Shown here piece by piece: positions 13,741 through 27,039 of a stretch of DNA of 64,000 nt. The DNA is from the human T2T-CHM13v2.0 reference genome, Homo sapiens. The stretch's first letter is position 1; every line of letters begins with the position of its first letter. The translations under genes and the position numbers were made by a program. The notes below the pieces were generated by a model. It was given only the letters and a program-made list of their open reading frames with translations, was not told where the DNA came from and ran no database searches. The DNA lies in assembly GCF_009914755.1 (NCBI RefSeq), contig NC_060946.1. The stretch is one strand, 5' to 3'.

Positions 13741-14135
13741 AAGCACCGGCATCGCAAACCGCAGGACTGGCATTTGCAGGGATGGCATTCCAGGTGGGGG
13801 AGCCGGCCTAGGCAAAGGCCGAGGGGCTGGACGGCACTGAGAATGTGCGGAGACCAGCATGACATTTAGACGGCTAGAGCGAAGGAGGCGGGAACGTCTG
13901 CAAGTAGGTGTGTGCAAGGTGGCTTTTCCATCAGCATGTGTGCGTGTGTGTGCTTACACACGTGCATGAGTGTGAGTGCGACTTCTCGGCCGCAGAGTCC
14001 CCCATTAACGCTCCGGTATTTGTTTGTTCAGTTCCGCTGTCCCATCGGCCCTGCTGCCTCTCTGCACCCCGTTTGCCAGTCGGCTCCCTCTCCCTCTCCC
14101 GAGGGCTCCATGCGTCATTAAAACCGAAACAAGCC
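13741..14135. promoter_or_regulatory. CpG-rich unique block, candidate enhancer
   Basis: about 25 CpG in 390 bp; FOX-like TATTTGTTTGTT at 14017-14028, CACGTG at 13959-13964, GTCATTAAAA at 14114-14123. Confidence 0.4.
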
Positions 14136-14865
14136 CCTGCTCTGATGGTTAAACCAGATGCCCAGGCCCCATCCTGCCTGGGCCCCATCTCAGGGTCAGA
14201 ATGAGCCACGGAGCTGCTGGGGAGGCCCCGTCCAGCTGCATCAGCCCGTGGGGGGCCTGGGGTCCCAAGAGGGACAGGGCCAGACGAGGGGAAACCCAAT
14301 CCGTGACACATGGAGATCATTTGCAGAAGGAACAAAATCCGTGACCAACTCCAAACGGATGCAAAGGGGAGGGGAGCGGGGCTGGGTAAGGAGTTCTCAG
14401 GGCCAGTGGGAGATGAGGACTGAGGCAAACCCTGGGCCAGCCCCAGGCCAAGCTCTCAGGTTGTCTCAGCCACACTCTCTAGGAGCTCCTGGCAAGGCTC
14501 CCACCCTCCCTGGGCCCTTGTGTTCTCCTTTCAAATAGGGTGAGGACTGAAAGAAAGATTCAGAGCAAATGTCTGACCCTGTGCCCAGCAAATGGTTAGC
14601 CTGAAGCAAATAGATTGATACATAGATGAGACAACTGAGACTCAGAGAGGTTGTGCAACTCAGCAAAGGGCACACAGCAAGTCAGCCTAGGAGTGGGGCT
14701 CGAATCTCCCAAAACGGAAAATGTCCACAGCAAAGGGACATGGGCAGCCAGTCATGATTTGCAAAATCAGACACACCGTGGCCTTCATCTCCCCTAAGAT
14801 GACTTTCCCTTCTTCCCATTTTACTGAGGGCCTCAGGACTCCAACCCACGAACTCCACTCATTTG

Positions 14866-14873
14866 GTTTTTTG

Positions 14874-14904
<31 letters not shown>

Positions 14905-15175
14905 CTTTTGAGACAAGGTCTGGCTCTATCGCCCAGGCTCACTGGGCTCACTGCAACCTCCACCTCCCAGGTTCAAGCAACCCTCCTGCCTCAGCCTCCC
15001 AAGTAGCTGGGACTACAGGTGTGTGCCATCACACCTGGCTAATTTTTGTATTTTTTGTAGAGATGGGGTTTCGCCATGTTGCCCAGGCTGGTCTCGAACT
15101 CATGAGCTCAAGCGATTCTCCTGCTTTGGCCTCCCAAAGTGCTGGGACTACAGGCTTGAGTCACAACGCCCGGCC
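14866..15175 (-). mobile_element. AluJ with internal deletion
   Basis: (GTTTT)n tail; right arm lacks the GGAGTGCAGTGG segment, with GGCTCACTG duplicated in its place. Confidence 0.9.
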
Positions 15176-15184
15176 CTGGTTTTT

Positions 15185-16135
15185 GAATTTAGCTTCATTG
15201 AGATAGCTAAACTCATAGCATACAACTCACCCATTTCAATGCAATGTATTAAATCAATGTCAATGAGTTATACAATGAACAATTCAGTGGCATGAAGTAC
15301 ATTCATAATGTCACACAACCATCACCCCATCTCTCTCTCTTTTTTTTTTTTTTTTTTTTTTTTTTGACACAGGGTCTCGCTCTCTCACCCAGGCTGGAGT
15401 GCAGTGGCGTGATCTCAGCTCACTGCAACCTCTGCCTCCCACTCTCAGGGATATTCCCACCTCAGCTTCCCAAGCAGCTGGGATTACAGGCACACACCAC
15501 CATGCCCAGATAATTTTTGTATTTTTTTTAGAGACAGGGTTTTGCCATGTTGCCCAGGCTGGTCTCGAACTCCTGGGCTCATGTGATCCACCCACCTCTG
15601 CCTCCCAAAGTACTGGGATTACAGGCATGAGCCACCATGCCCAGCCACAACTGTCTATTTCTAAAACTTTTTGATCACCCCAAAAAGAAACTCTGTACCT
15701 ATTAAGCAGTAACTCTCCTATTTCCCCCTCCCCCTGCCCCCTATTAACCACTTTCTGTCTCTGTGAATTTGCCTATTGTAGATATTTCACATGAGTGGAA
15801 TCACGCAATATTTGTCCTTCTGTGTCTGGCTTCTTTCACTTAGCATAATGTTTTCAAGGTACATTCATGTTGTAGCATGTATCAGAACTTCATTCCTTTA
15901 TATGGCTGAACAAGATTCCATTGTATGGATATGCCACATTTTGTTTATCCATTTATCCGTAGATAGACACCTAGGCTGTTTCCACAGCTTGCCTACTATG
16001 AATAATGCTGCTACAAGCACGGGTGTACAAGTATCTGTTCAAGTATCTGTTTACAATTCCTTTGGGCATATTCCCAGGAGTGGTATTGCTGGGTCATACG
16101 GCAAATCTATGTTTAGCTTTTTAAGGAACCACCAA
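15185..16135 (-). mobile_element. old L1 (L1MB-like) 3' UTR, interrupted by an Alu
   Basis: CTGGCTTCTTTCACTTAGCATAATGTTTTCAAGG..CATGTTGTAGCATGTATCAGAACTTCATTCC; GGAGTGGTATTGCTGGGTCATA. Confidence 0.9.
15340..15646 (-). mobile_element. AluJ
   Basis: poly-T then full Alu with CTCCTGGGCTCA (J type). Confidence 0.93.
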
Positions 16136-16199
16136 AAAGCAGCTACACCAAGAGTCTGAGGCCCACTGGTTCAAAGTCCAGACTGTGTGAAGGTTCAGG

Positions 16200-16560
16200 G
16201 ACTGCCGCTTGACCTAGCCCTCATCACCTCTTGCCTGGACCTTTCCAGTAGACTCCTGGCTACCCCCTGCCTCTGCCTCAGCTCCTCCAGTGGCTCCTCA
16301 CAGCCAGGAGATCATCTGCAGCTCTTCAAAGCCACCTCCCTGGATAAAATCAGCAGACACTGTGCCCTCCGTGGGCCCCTCCTGTCCCCTGTGAGGCCCC
16401 ACAGCCATCTCCACCCATGCACCCCAGCACTTACCACGGGTGCCAAGTCATCTACAGACTCCCTCTATTGGTGGGCTCCTTGAGGCTAGAGACCATGTCT
16501 AATTTATGTCTCGTCATGGTCTTGAATAGAAAAGGTCCTTGGTAAATAAGTGTGTTGCAT
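16200..16560 (+). mobile_element. L2 fragments
   Basis: CTCATCACCTCTTGCCTGGAC..; GGGCTCCTTGAGGCTAGAGACCATGTCT. Confidence 0.55.
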
Positions 16561-16929
16561 AGATGAAGAAACCGGGGCTGAGAGAGGAAATTGACCTGCC
16601 TGAGGACCCGGAGCTGGGAAGTGAAGGACCTGATTCAATAAGATGGCAGGTGTCAAGTAGGTGTTCAAAATTATTAAGCACCGGTTCTCTTCCCACCTCT
16701 TACCTTGGGGAGTCAAAACACCCCTGGGTCCAGACCAAGCCCTACTTCTAACTCGCTGTGTGACCTCAAGCAAGGCAGTTGCCCTCTCTGGGACTCAGTT
16801 TCCAATTTGTGATCGGGACGATCTCTTTGGGTTGGAATTTGAGGCCTCTATGGCCACACCACCGTCACCACCCCCTCCCCCAGCAGATTCCTCAGGGCTC
16901 AGCTGGACCCCTCAGCCAGCCCCTCCTGC

Positions 16930-17260
16930 CCACAGGTAATTAGAGGAACACAGCAGGGGTCGAGGGCAGGGGGAGGCCCCAGCAGGCGGCTCCTTCCTCT
17001 GAAAGGGGCCCCTCAACGCTGCCTGCCCAGCTCCTGCTGCGAGAACAAAAGGCCTTGTGGACGTTCAAAGCAAGGCGCCGGGCGGGAGGCCAGCGTGGGC
17101 GGCCGCAGAGATGGCCACGGGGCTCGTGGCGGGGATGGCCGGCGACTGGAAGCTGTCCCCATCCATCAGTCAGCAGTGACAGCTCCCGGGGACCTGCAGC
17201 CCCCCCTCGGCCCTGCCAGCTGACCGTCCGGCTGCAGCAGGCCTCCCTCGCCTGCCTGGT
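16930..17260. promoter_or_regulatory. short GC/CpG-rich island
   Basis: about 20 CpG in 16981-17250; GTAATTAG; TTCAAAG (TCF-like) at 17064-17070. Confidence 0.35.
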
Positions 17261-17489
17261 GGCTCCAGCCTGATGACCTGAATAATGGATCTGCCTTGAG
17301 CGTCCCGTCACAGTGACAGACACATCTCTGATCCAGGCTTCTCGCTTTACCTTCTCAGCCACATCCCTGGCCAGCGGCCCCCAATGTGGAGAGAGAGATG
17401 CAGCACATGTCACCCTCATTCTGATGGGCCATGGATACCAAGCCAGCGTGGCCAGGGTCACAGTGGCCTGGGAAGTCCAGGAGTTTACA

Positions 17490-17900
17490 AGAGCTTGACC
17501 TTATCTGCTACCAACTCGCTGGGTGATCCTGGGCAAGTCCTGGTCCCTCTCTGGGCCTCACTTTCCCCTCTTGTGAAGTGAAGGCGTCATCACCAAACTC
17601 TGATATGTGAGTTCTGTGATGCTCAAGTCCCCAGGAAGACATGGAGAGGCAGTGGCGAGATGGAGCAGGGCAGACCTGGTTCCAAATCTGGCCTCTGCTT
17701 TCCCTTGTTGCGTGCACTGGGCAAGTTACTTAATGCCTCTGAGAGCCCCTGATCCTCTTCCTCCTCTTCCTCCTTGGTGTATAATGAAAACCATCTTCCC
17801 ACTTCAAGGGATAATTGTGAAGGTGAAATGAGCTTATATCTGCAAAGCACTCAGCCCAGAGCCTGGCATGGTGCAAGCACTCTGTCAAAGTATCACTTAC
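17490..17900 (+). mobile_element. two MIR SINEs
   Basis: CTGGGCAAGTCC..CTCTCTGGGCCTCACTTTCCCC; GGTTCCAAATCTGGCCTCTGC..CTGGGCAAGTTACTTAA. Confidence 0.75.
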
Positions 17901-17935
17901 TGAGCATCTACAATAGTCTGTGCCATGCTAGGCTA

Positions 17936-18263
<328 letters not shown>

Positions 18264-18849
18264 CAAGAGAGAAAAGAAAGGAGGAAAGGATCCAGGAAGG
18301 GTCTGAGAGGCAGCCTTGGAGATGAGACTGGAAAAGCATTCTGGACAGAGGGAACAGCTGGTGTGAATGCTTAGAGGCAGGACCATGCTGAGGGTGTTTA
18401 AGGGATATAATGAGAACACTCTGATGGAGCAGAGCTATGGAGAGAGAGGGACCAGGCAGTGCAGTGGCGACGCTCAGAGTGTCCAGGTTGGCATTCTAGC
18501 TGTCCCTTCCTAGTCGAGTGGCCTTAGGGAACCTGCTTAACCTCCCTGTTCTCCGGGCCTGTGTCTGCTACGTGAGAACAATCCTGGAGTCTACCTTTTA
18601 TCATATGAGGATGGAAAGGAGGTGGTGGGCTAATGTGACTGGAATGATCCTACATGAAAGAAGCCCTCAGTCCCCGGAGCTATTTTTTTTTCAACATCAT
18701 CATCGTCGTCATTGTAGACCATGTTGGGCAATTTGACAGATAGTATTGGCTTTCTGTCGCCAGGTGCTTTTCTTTTAGAAAACACTGGAGTCCAGGGGTG
18801 TCGACTGGTATAAGAAAGTTCCTACAGCTTGGGTGGTAAGAGAAAAAAA

Positions 18850-19230
18850 AATTGGAAACAACCTAAGTGTCCATCACCGGAAAGATGACTCAATGAGTAG
18901 TGACATATTCATACTGCGGAATAGTCTATCGCAGTGACAGTGTGTCAACTGGAGCGTCACGTATCAACAAGGATCAGTCTCAAAATAGGATGTCGAGCCA
19001 AAAAAGCAATCACAGAATATGCATATGGGATGCTTGCATTTATAGAAAGTTTTAAAACCTGCCAAGCCGCACAGTATACCTTTTATGGATACACGCGTAG
19101 GTAGTGTATCCGTAAAGTACAGGCCAGGCGTGGAAATGGTATGAAGTAATTCAGGATCTCAGTTCAGTAGGGCACTGACTACCCCACTGCTCTCTTTTGC
19201 TGCCTCTGCCTTATTTTTATTGTTATTCTG
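18850..19230 (+). mobile_element. ancient L1 (L1ME-like) 3' UTR
   Basis: TTGGAAACAACCTAAGTGTCCATCA..CATATTCATACTGCGGAATA. Confidence 0.7.
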
Positions 19231-19249
19231 GCATATTATATATTTTAGC

Positions 19250-19410
19250 CTACTCTGTTTATCCTTCGTCATCCTTCTGCTCTGGTGTAAGCTCCATGAG
19301 GTCAGGGCTGGGATTTTTGCCTGATTCATCCTGTGCTGTATCCCCAGTGCCTAAAACTGTGCCTGTAACATAGTGAGCCCTCCGTAAATAAGGACTGAGT
19401 GGATGGACGG
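19250..19410 (+). mobile_element. L2 3' end
   Basis: TGTAAGCTCCATGAGGTCAGGG..TGCTGTATCCCCAGTGCCTAAAACTGTGCCTG. Confidence 0.85.
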
Positions 19411-20100
19411 AAGTAGGGCGGGAAGGAGGGAGTGAGCATTGCAGAGAGAAACTCAAGGTCTTCCTTATACAAAAGAACACACAGAGGGCCCCAGATCAAA
19501 CCAGAGGGCTGGACTGAGAGATAGTAGAAAGGTCACCCCTCCCTCACCTCTGCCCCCAAGGGCTCCGCTGCCCCACCCCAGGTCGTGGACTCCCATGCCC
19601 CCAGCCCCCTGCCTGGAGTGGGAGGGTGGGGCTTTTGCTGCAAGGGTAACCCTCATTCCCATCTCACTGGGAAAGAAGACAGGAGCTGGGGTCCACCCCA
19701 GGGCACGCCAAGGCCGCCTAGCTGATATACAAGAGATTTTTCAACTCTGAGTCAGGGTAGCCAAAGAAAAACAAATGCAGCGAGAGCGCGCCCAGCACAA
19801 ATGTTCTTTACCGTCCCCTGATGGTCTGAGGTCCAGGACCCCCACCCTACTGACACCCACCAAGCCACAAACCCTCTGCCCTGGTCCAGGTCCCACGGAT
19901 ACCACCCCATAAATTTTCCAGGTGTGTCCACTTCGCTCCATCCCCAGTCCTCTCTTGTCTCCTGGACAGGGCAGCGGCCTCCTCGCTTACCTCCCTGTGT
20001 CCACTCTGACCCCTCCCTCCTCACAGCTGACTTCCATTCCACTTCCTTAATGACTCCCCACCACCTTAGAACACAGTTCTTACCATCGTCCAAAGCCTTG

Positions 20101-20273
20101 GGTGTTCTTTCTTGTCCTTCAGTCACTCAGCTTATATTCTCTACCACCACCATCACCACCACCACCAGGAAGCCTTCCTGGACTTAGATGCTCCTTTTTG
20201 TCCTTCAGTTGCTCACTTATATGCCCCACAACCACCATCATCACCACCAACACCAGGAAGCCTTCTGGGACTT
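20101..20273 (+). repeat. about 87-bp tandem duplication (2 copies) in an L2 relic
   Basis: TTGTCCTTCAGT at 20112 and 20198; CACCAGGAAGCCTT at 20163 and 20251. Confidence 0.85.
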
Positions 20274-21089
20274 CCCGGGTGGGGCCAGCTGCTTCTTCGG
20301 GCTCTCACAGCCTCCTGGGCTTCCTGAGACAAGGGAATCCTGTTGCCCATAGGAATGTGAGGTCCAAGAGGGCAGGATTCACGTTCTTTTCATAACTAGA
20401 CCCCCAGGGCTTGGCCTAGGGCAGGCACTGGTTAAATACTCGTTGAAGGAACACACGAATGAATGAATGAATGAGTTACACATATGAATGACTGAATGAA
20501 TGAATGAGTTTCCTACCTGGAGAAGTTCTGGATCCTTTGGAAGGTTTAGATGTGGATGATAGGGAGTTTCAAGCCATCTGAACTCAAGGCCTCCCTAGGG
20601 TCTTCAGGGCCCACAGCCCCCTCTTGCAGGGAATACAGATGTTGGGAGTTTATCGCCTGTTCCAAGCATTTGTCCAACCCCCCACCGGCAATTTCCCTGC
20701 CAAGTAAAGTGAGCATGATGTAGCTGATAAAGCTGCATTAAAATTCCCCTCGGCCCGATTTGCCTTCAGGAAAATGGTGGAACCCTAAATCTCAATGGGC
20801 ATGAAACACAGAGGTGTTGGGGGTTGGCAGGCAGATGAGAGCCTCCCAGCTGGGAGAAACTAGGGAGGATGGGACTGCAGGCCCGTAAATTACTCCAGAG
20901 GGCTCAGCCTAGATGAGGCAACCCTTCCAGCTCCCACCAGGGCCAGGTGAAGTAGGTGGAGAAGGAGGTGGAGAAGAAGGTGTGAGGGTGTAGATGGCCA
21001 GGGAGGTGCTACGCTGGGCCTAGGGACCCTCCCCCTAGCAGCCTGGAATGACCGTCCCTATAGGCCTAGAAGGAATTGCAAATCTTTCA

Positions 21090-21225
21090 GTTCACCTGAA
21101 GCACTTACTTTAATCAATCCCTACAAGAGTGCCAGGAGAAAGGTGCCTTCATCATCCCCTTATTTCCAGATGGGGAAACTGATGCTCAAAGAGGTAAGGT
21201 GATTTGCCCTAACATCACCCAGGTC
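21090..21225 (-). mobile_element. MIR SINE
   Basis: TTTCCAGATGGGGAAACTGATGCTCAAAGAGGTAAGGTGATTTGCCC. Confidence 0.8.
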
Positions 21226-21504
21226 CTCCCTGCTGGGGCCCTGGAGCGGCAGGCTGAGGCCAGGCCCGAGGATTTCAGTGGTACAGGGAGGATATTTAAA
21301 TCATTTCTTTTTCTTTTTCACCTTCTTTATAGCCTGTCTGCCTGTGGTGGCTCCGACACTTGCCAATTCTCCTTCACAACAAAGAGTGGGGGCATGCAGT
21401 CCTCATGCTCCCAAAGAGACAAGGAACAGCATCAAGCCAGGTTTCTCATTACAGGATTTTATTTCCACTGTGCTTCTTTTTTTGGGGTTTTTTGTTCGAT
21501 TATT

Positions 21505-21837
<333 letters not shown>

Positions 21838-21839
21838 CT

Positions 21840-21960
21840 TTTTTGGTTGGTTTTTTAGTTAGAGATGGGGTCTTGCTATGTTACCTGGGCTGGCCTCGAA
21901 CTCCTGGGCCCAAGCAATCCTCCCAGGGTAGCTGGGACTACAGGCTTGCACCCACTGTCC
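21840..21960 (-). mobile_element. Alu monomer (FLAM/J left-arm-like), internally deleted
   Basis: AGAGATGGGGTCTTGCTATGTT..CTCGAACTCCTGGGCCCAAGCAATCCTCCC. Confidence 0.8.
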
Positions 21961-21963
21961 TCT

Positions 21964-22257
21964 TTTTTTTTTTTTCTTTTGGGATGGAGTCTCTGTCACC
22001 CAGGCTGGTGTGCAGTGGCATGATCTTGACTCAATGAAACCTCTGCCTCCCAGGTTCAAACGATTCCCCTGCCTCAGCCTCCCAAATAGCTGGTATTACA
22101 GATGCCCGTCACCACGCCCAACTAATTTTTGTATTTTTAGTAGAGATGAGGTTTCACCGTGTCACCAGGCTGGTCTTGAACTCCTGACCTCAAGTGATCC
22201 ACCTGCTTCGGCCTCCCAAAGTGCTGGGATTATAGGCATGAGCCACCGTGTCTGGCC
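21964..22257 (-). mobile_element. AluS (Sz-like)
   Basis: full Alu, CTCCTGACCTCAAGTGATCC. Confidence 0.93.
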
Positions 22258-22944
22258 CATTGTACTCATTTTTGAAGACACTTTCTGCTGGCGGACACCG
22301 ATATTGGTTTCTCATTATTTTCAGCAATATATAGCTTCCTTTTAAAAATATATTTGTGTGTTTTAAAGTGAGTCTACTTAAAGAAAAATATGAAGTAAAG
22401 AACACAGGCAGTACATGGTTATGCCAAAAAATCCATAGCACTCACCTCCCACCTGTCTTATCAGTTCACTATGTGTTAGTCCCAGGCCCTGCCTCGTCCC
22501 TGGGGCAAAGTCCAGAAAGCGGGAATTTTTGCCTGCTTAGTTCATGGGTTTATCCCAAGTAGCCCAAAACAGTGCCTAGCACATAGCAGGTGCTTTACAA
22601 CAGTAAAGAGTTGTTAAATGAAGGTGGTGGCAATCTAGGAACGGCATATTGAAAACTTGCAGAGCCAGCTCCAAGGAAGTCAGTGATTCTGAACTCCTAT
22701 TCTCCAGACATTCTATTGTTTTCCAAGATTCAATAAGCCTTAATTTTAAAGTTCTAGAGAGCTTAGCTCTCATAATTCCTGACACTGTGGTCCTCTGATT
22801 CCATTCTTCTCTGTTTCAGAGGCCCTCTGCAGCTCAGATGCCATATAGGGGCACTCTAAGATTCTAAGAATGTGGTGTAATTATGTTATTTTCTGGGAAG
22901 CCAGGACCAACCAAGACTGCAGAATCAGATCCTCCATCTAGTGC

Positions 22945-23210
22945 TGAGCAAACAAGAAGGAGAAGAAGGAGGAGGGGGAAGAGCAAAAGGAAGGAAAGAC
23001 AGAGGAGAAGGAGGAGAAAAGGAAGAGAAGGAGGAGGAAGCAGTGAGATAAGAGAAAAGAGAGAGGAAAAAAAGACAAAGAGTGAGAGTTGGGGAGAGAA
23101 ATAGAAGTGAATTGAAGAGAAGGGAATGAAAGGGAAGGGGAGAGAGATGGGAACAAGGGGGAAAGAAGTAAAGAAAGAGAGGCAGGGAGATCTCCAGAGA
23201 AAAAGAGAGA
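22945..23210. repeat. polypurine (GA-rich) low-complexity tract
   Basis: almost exclusively G/A on the + strand. Confidence 0.9.
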
Positions 23211-23479
23211 CGTGCCTACATTTACATGCGCACGCTGGTCCCTCATGAGTATCTCCCCTGTCCTTCACAGGGCAATGGGACAGGCTGTCCAATGCCCACC
23301 TCCTCCCTTGGGTTGTGGGTCACCTGGGCAGCAGCTCCTCTCCTCCTTCCACAGAGTGGTGTGATGTGACTGAGCCCTCTAGGAAGCAACTTGCTGGGGG
23401 AAGAGAAGGTAGAAGCTTAAAGAGTACAAAGGCTAGAGGAGCAGGCTGTGTACCAAAATCCAGGTGCTTCTGAGAGAAA

Positions 23480-23640
23480 TGTTGGCTGAGCCTTTCCTCT
23501 GTGCCAGGCACACTCTTAGCAACTGTGCACACATCATCTCCTGTGATCCTCACAGCAGTCCCATAAGGTAAGTAGGGTTGCCTCATTCTAAAGAAAAGAT
23601 AACTGAAGTACAGCAAATTACATACTTTGGCCAGATCAAG
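23480..23640 (-). mobile_element. MIR SINE
   Basis: TGTGCCAGGCAC..GATCCTCACAGCAGTCCCATAAGGTAAG. Confidence 0.75.
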
Positions 23641-24245
23641 ATGGGATGAAGGGATGGGGGGATGGATGGATGGATGGATGGATGGATGGATGGATGGATG
23701 GATGGATAGGTGTATGGGTGAGTGTGTGGATAGGTGGGTGGATGGATGGGTGAATAAGTAGGTGGATGGGTAGATGGATGGACAAATGAATGAAAGGATG
23801 GATGGGTGGGTGCGTAGGTGAAAGGATGGATGCATAGGTGAATGAATGGATGGATGGATGATAGATAAGTGGATAGATTGATGGATAGAAGGGTGGGTGG
23901 GTGGATGGATGGATGAATGGATGTAGAGATTAGTAGCTGAATAGATGGATAAGTAGGAGGGTAGAATGGATGAATGGATGGATGGATGATAGATAAGTGG
24001 ATAGATTGATGGATGGATAGACGAATGGATGAATGGATGGATGGATAGACGGGTGAGTGGGCGGGTGGATGGAAAAATGGGTATATGAATGGGTGGGTGG
24101 GTGGATGAATGGATGAACGGATATAGAGATTAGTAGTTGAATAGATGGATGAGTGAGAGGGTAGGATGCATGGATGGATGGATGGATGGATGGATGGATG
24201 GATGGATGGATGGATGATGGATGGGTGGATGGATGGATGGTGGAA
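23641..24245. repeat. (GGAT)n-based degenerate satellite
   Basis: long TGGA/GGAT runs with internally duplicated blocks GATAGATAAGTGGATAGATTGATGG and TAGAGATTAGTAG.TGAATAGATGG. Confidence 0.95.
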
Positions 24246-24519
24246 GGAAAGAGGGAGTATAGTTCAGTGGGTGACTACGTGGCAAACAGCCCATCCTGGT
24301 GAAGTATCCCTCTCCACTCCTCCCAAATCATTCCAACCACCCTCTACCTTCTTCATCGCAATCCTGTCCCAGACATGTCCCTATAACTTAATATCAAGAA
24401 ATGACTGCGAGAAAAAAAATAATAGGAAGATAAGAACAAAGCTTCAAATATAAGGAGCCTACCAGACAAGAAAAAACCAGCCCTAAAATCATGAAGATGG
24501 GTCGGAAGTGGGAACCTAG

Positions 24520-25260
<741 letters not shown>

Positions 25261-27039
25261 AGGCAATGAGATCAATAATTTTTTGGTTGTTTATTCATAT
25301 AAAAATATTTATGAAACACCTACTATGTGCCATGTCCTACTGTCCTGCAGTGCTGGGCTCACAAGGAATGTACCAACTTCCCTACCTCCCAGCCACCCAG
25401 CTCAGCATGTACCCGACCAAGTCACCCACCAGCTCACCAAATCCTCCAGGAGTGACAGGACCAAGTGTTTGGGGGTGTCAGGTTCTCGCCCCTCCCGAGA
25501 CAAGCTGGCCCAATGGCTGGAACATCCGGCCTCCCACGGGGGACCAGGCAGCCTCCTCTAGCGGCCATGTGCCCTATGAATGCTAATCCCCCACCCCCCG
25601 CCTCCTGGACACGCACACATAGGACATGCACAATGGCGGCTGGTGTCACCCACCAGGGTCCATGCCCTCACAGCAGAGAGAATAGCTACCAGCTGGTCCT
25701 CACCGGCTGTGTGACCTTGGGTGGGCCACATTCCAAAAATGATCACCCCAGGAAGGTGTCATCCATTCAACCACCAACTGCTTGGCACCTTCTATGTGCC
25801 TGCCAGGCTCTGAGGAAACAAAAGTTAAGCCCCCTTCTGAGCCCCCTGACCATACCTCATACTCCCCTTCCCAGCCACAAATTAATCAATAAAGATTTCT
25901 AGAGCCAGGGCTTCTGGGAAACTCAAGAGAAGACGTAATTGAATCACAGTTCATAAACACACTCCCATCTATTGAATCCACATGGTGCCCTCAGAGACAA
26001 CCAGGGGGGAGGAACTGAAGCCTCCATGGATAAGTGGGGAAATTGAGGTCCACGGAGCTGAAGGGTCTTGCCCCAGGTCATGTAGAGACCCCGAGGTGAG
26101 TCAGGTCTCAAACCTGCATCTTATGACTTCCAGTTAAGTATCCTGGCACCAGCTTCATGTGATCAAAAAAAGGAGGGAAGTGGCCAGGTGGCATAGAGGC
26201 TCTCGAAAAGAGAGAAATGATTAAGAAATGGGATGTGTCTCAGGGAGAGACTGAGGGGAACTTTTAGGGTCTCTTGGCCCCTCTGTTTCCTCTCCTGATC
26301 ATTTAGATTCTCTTCCTTTCCAAAAAGGCTGGAGCGGGCCCCAATTGCCACACAGGAGCCAGAGTTGGAAAGACAAATCTGCCAGGGTTACATAAGGCTT
26401 CGCGAGTGGCTAAATTTAAAACTGAAATGTGAACCTCAGGACAGAATAAAAACACTCAGGGGGAAGGACTGGGGCCAACACCTCCCTTGGCCTTCATAGT
26501 ACACCAGAGGGAGGTGGTTCCCCAGTGGACCCAGGGAGAGGCTCCTGAAGCCAGCCTTGCAGATACATAGTTACAGGCTGAGCAAAGGGCCTTACCAGCC
26601 CACCCTGGGCACGTGAGCATTCCCTAGTTCCTGCCTAGGGGGCAACGTCCCTGATTCCAAGCTGGAAGGGGCGAGAGAAGTCCCTCTTTCTAGTGGGTCT
26701 TCAGGCAGATAATACTACTTCCTGCAAAAAGAGCAAGTTATATTTTCCTACAAACTCTTCTACACGAAGAGTAGAATTGTTAATCAATTGAATGAACACT
26801 GATATGAAATATTTAAGCAAGCACAAATCCACTCCTTGCAAGAGTCTCTTGTCTACCAGGTCTGACCTACTCATCACACATGTACAGCTCACATGCGGTT
26901 CACACAGGTATAAAAACACAAGCGTAATATATGAACCTGCTTGCATAAGATTCTGGGCCCAATTTGCCACATCCACTCATAGATACACATACTTACATGT
27001 ACACACACCCACACCCACAAACCATTCTCACCAGGGCTA

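Noticed and set aside
22260-22480. Possible old DNA-transposon fragment
   Set aside because: AT-rich and suggestive, but I could not assign termini or a family.
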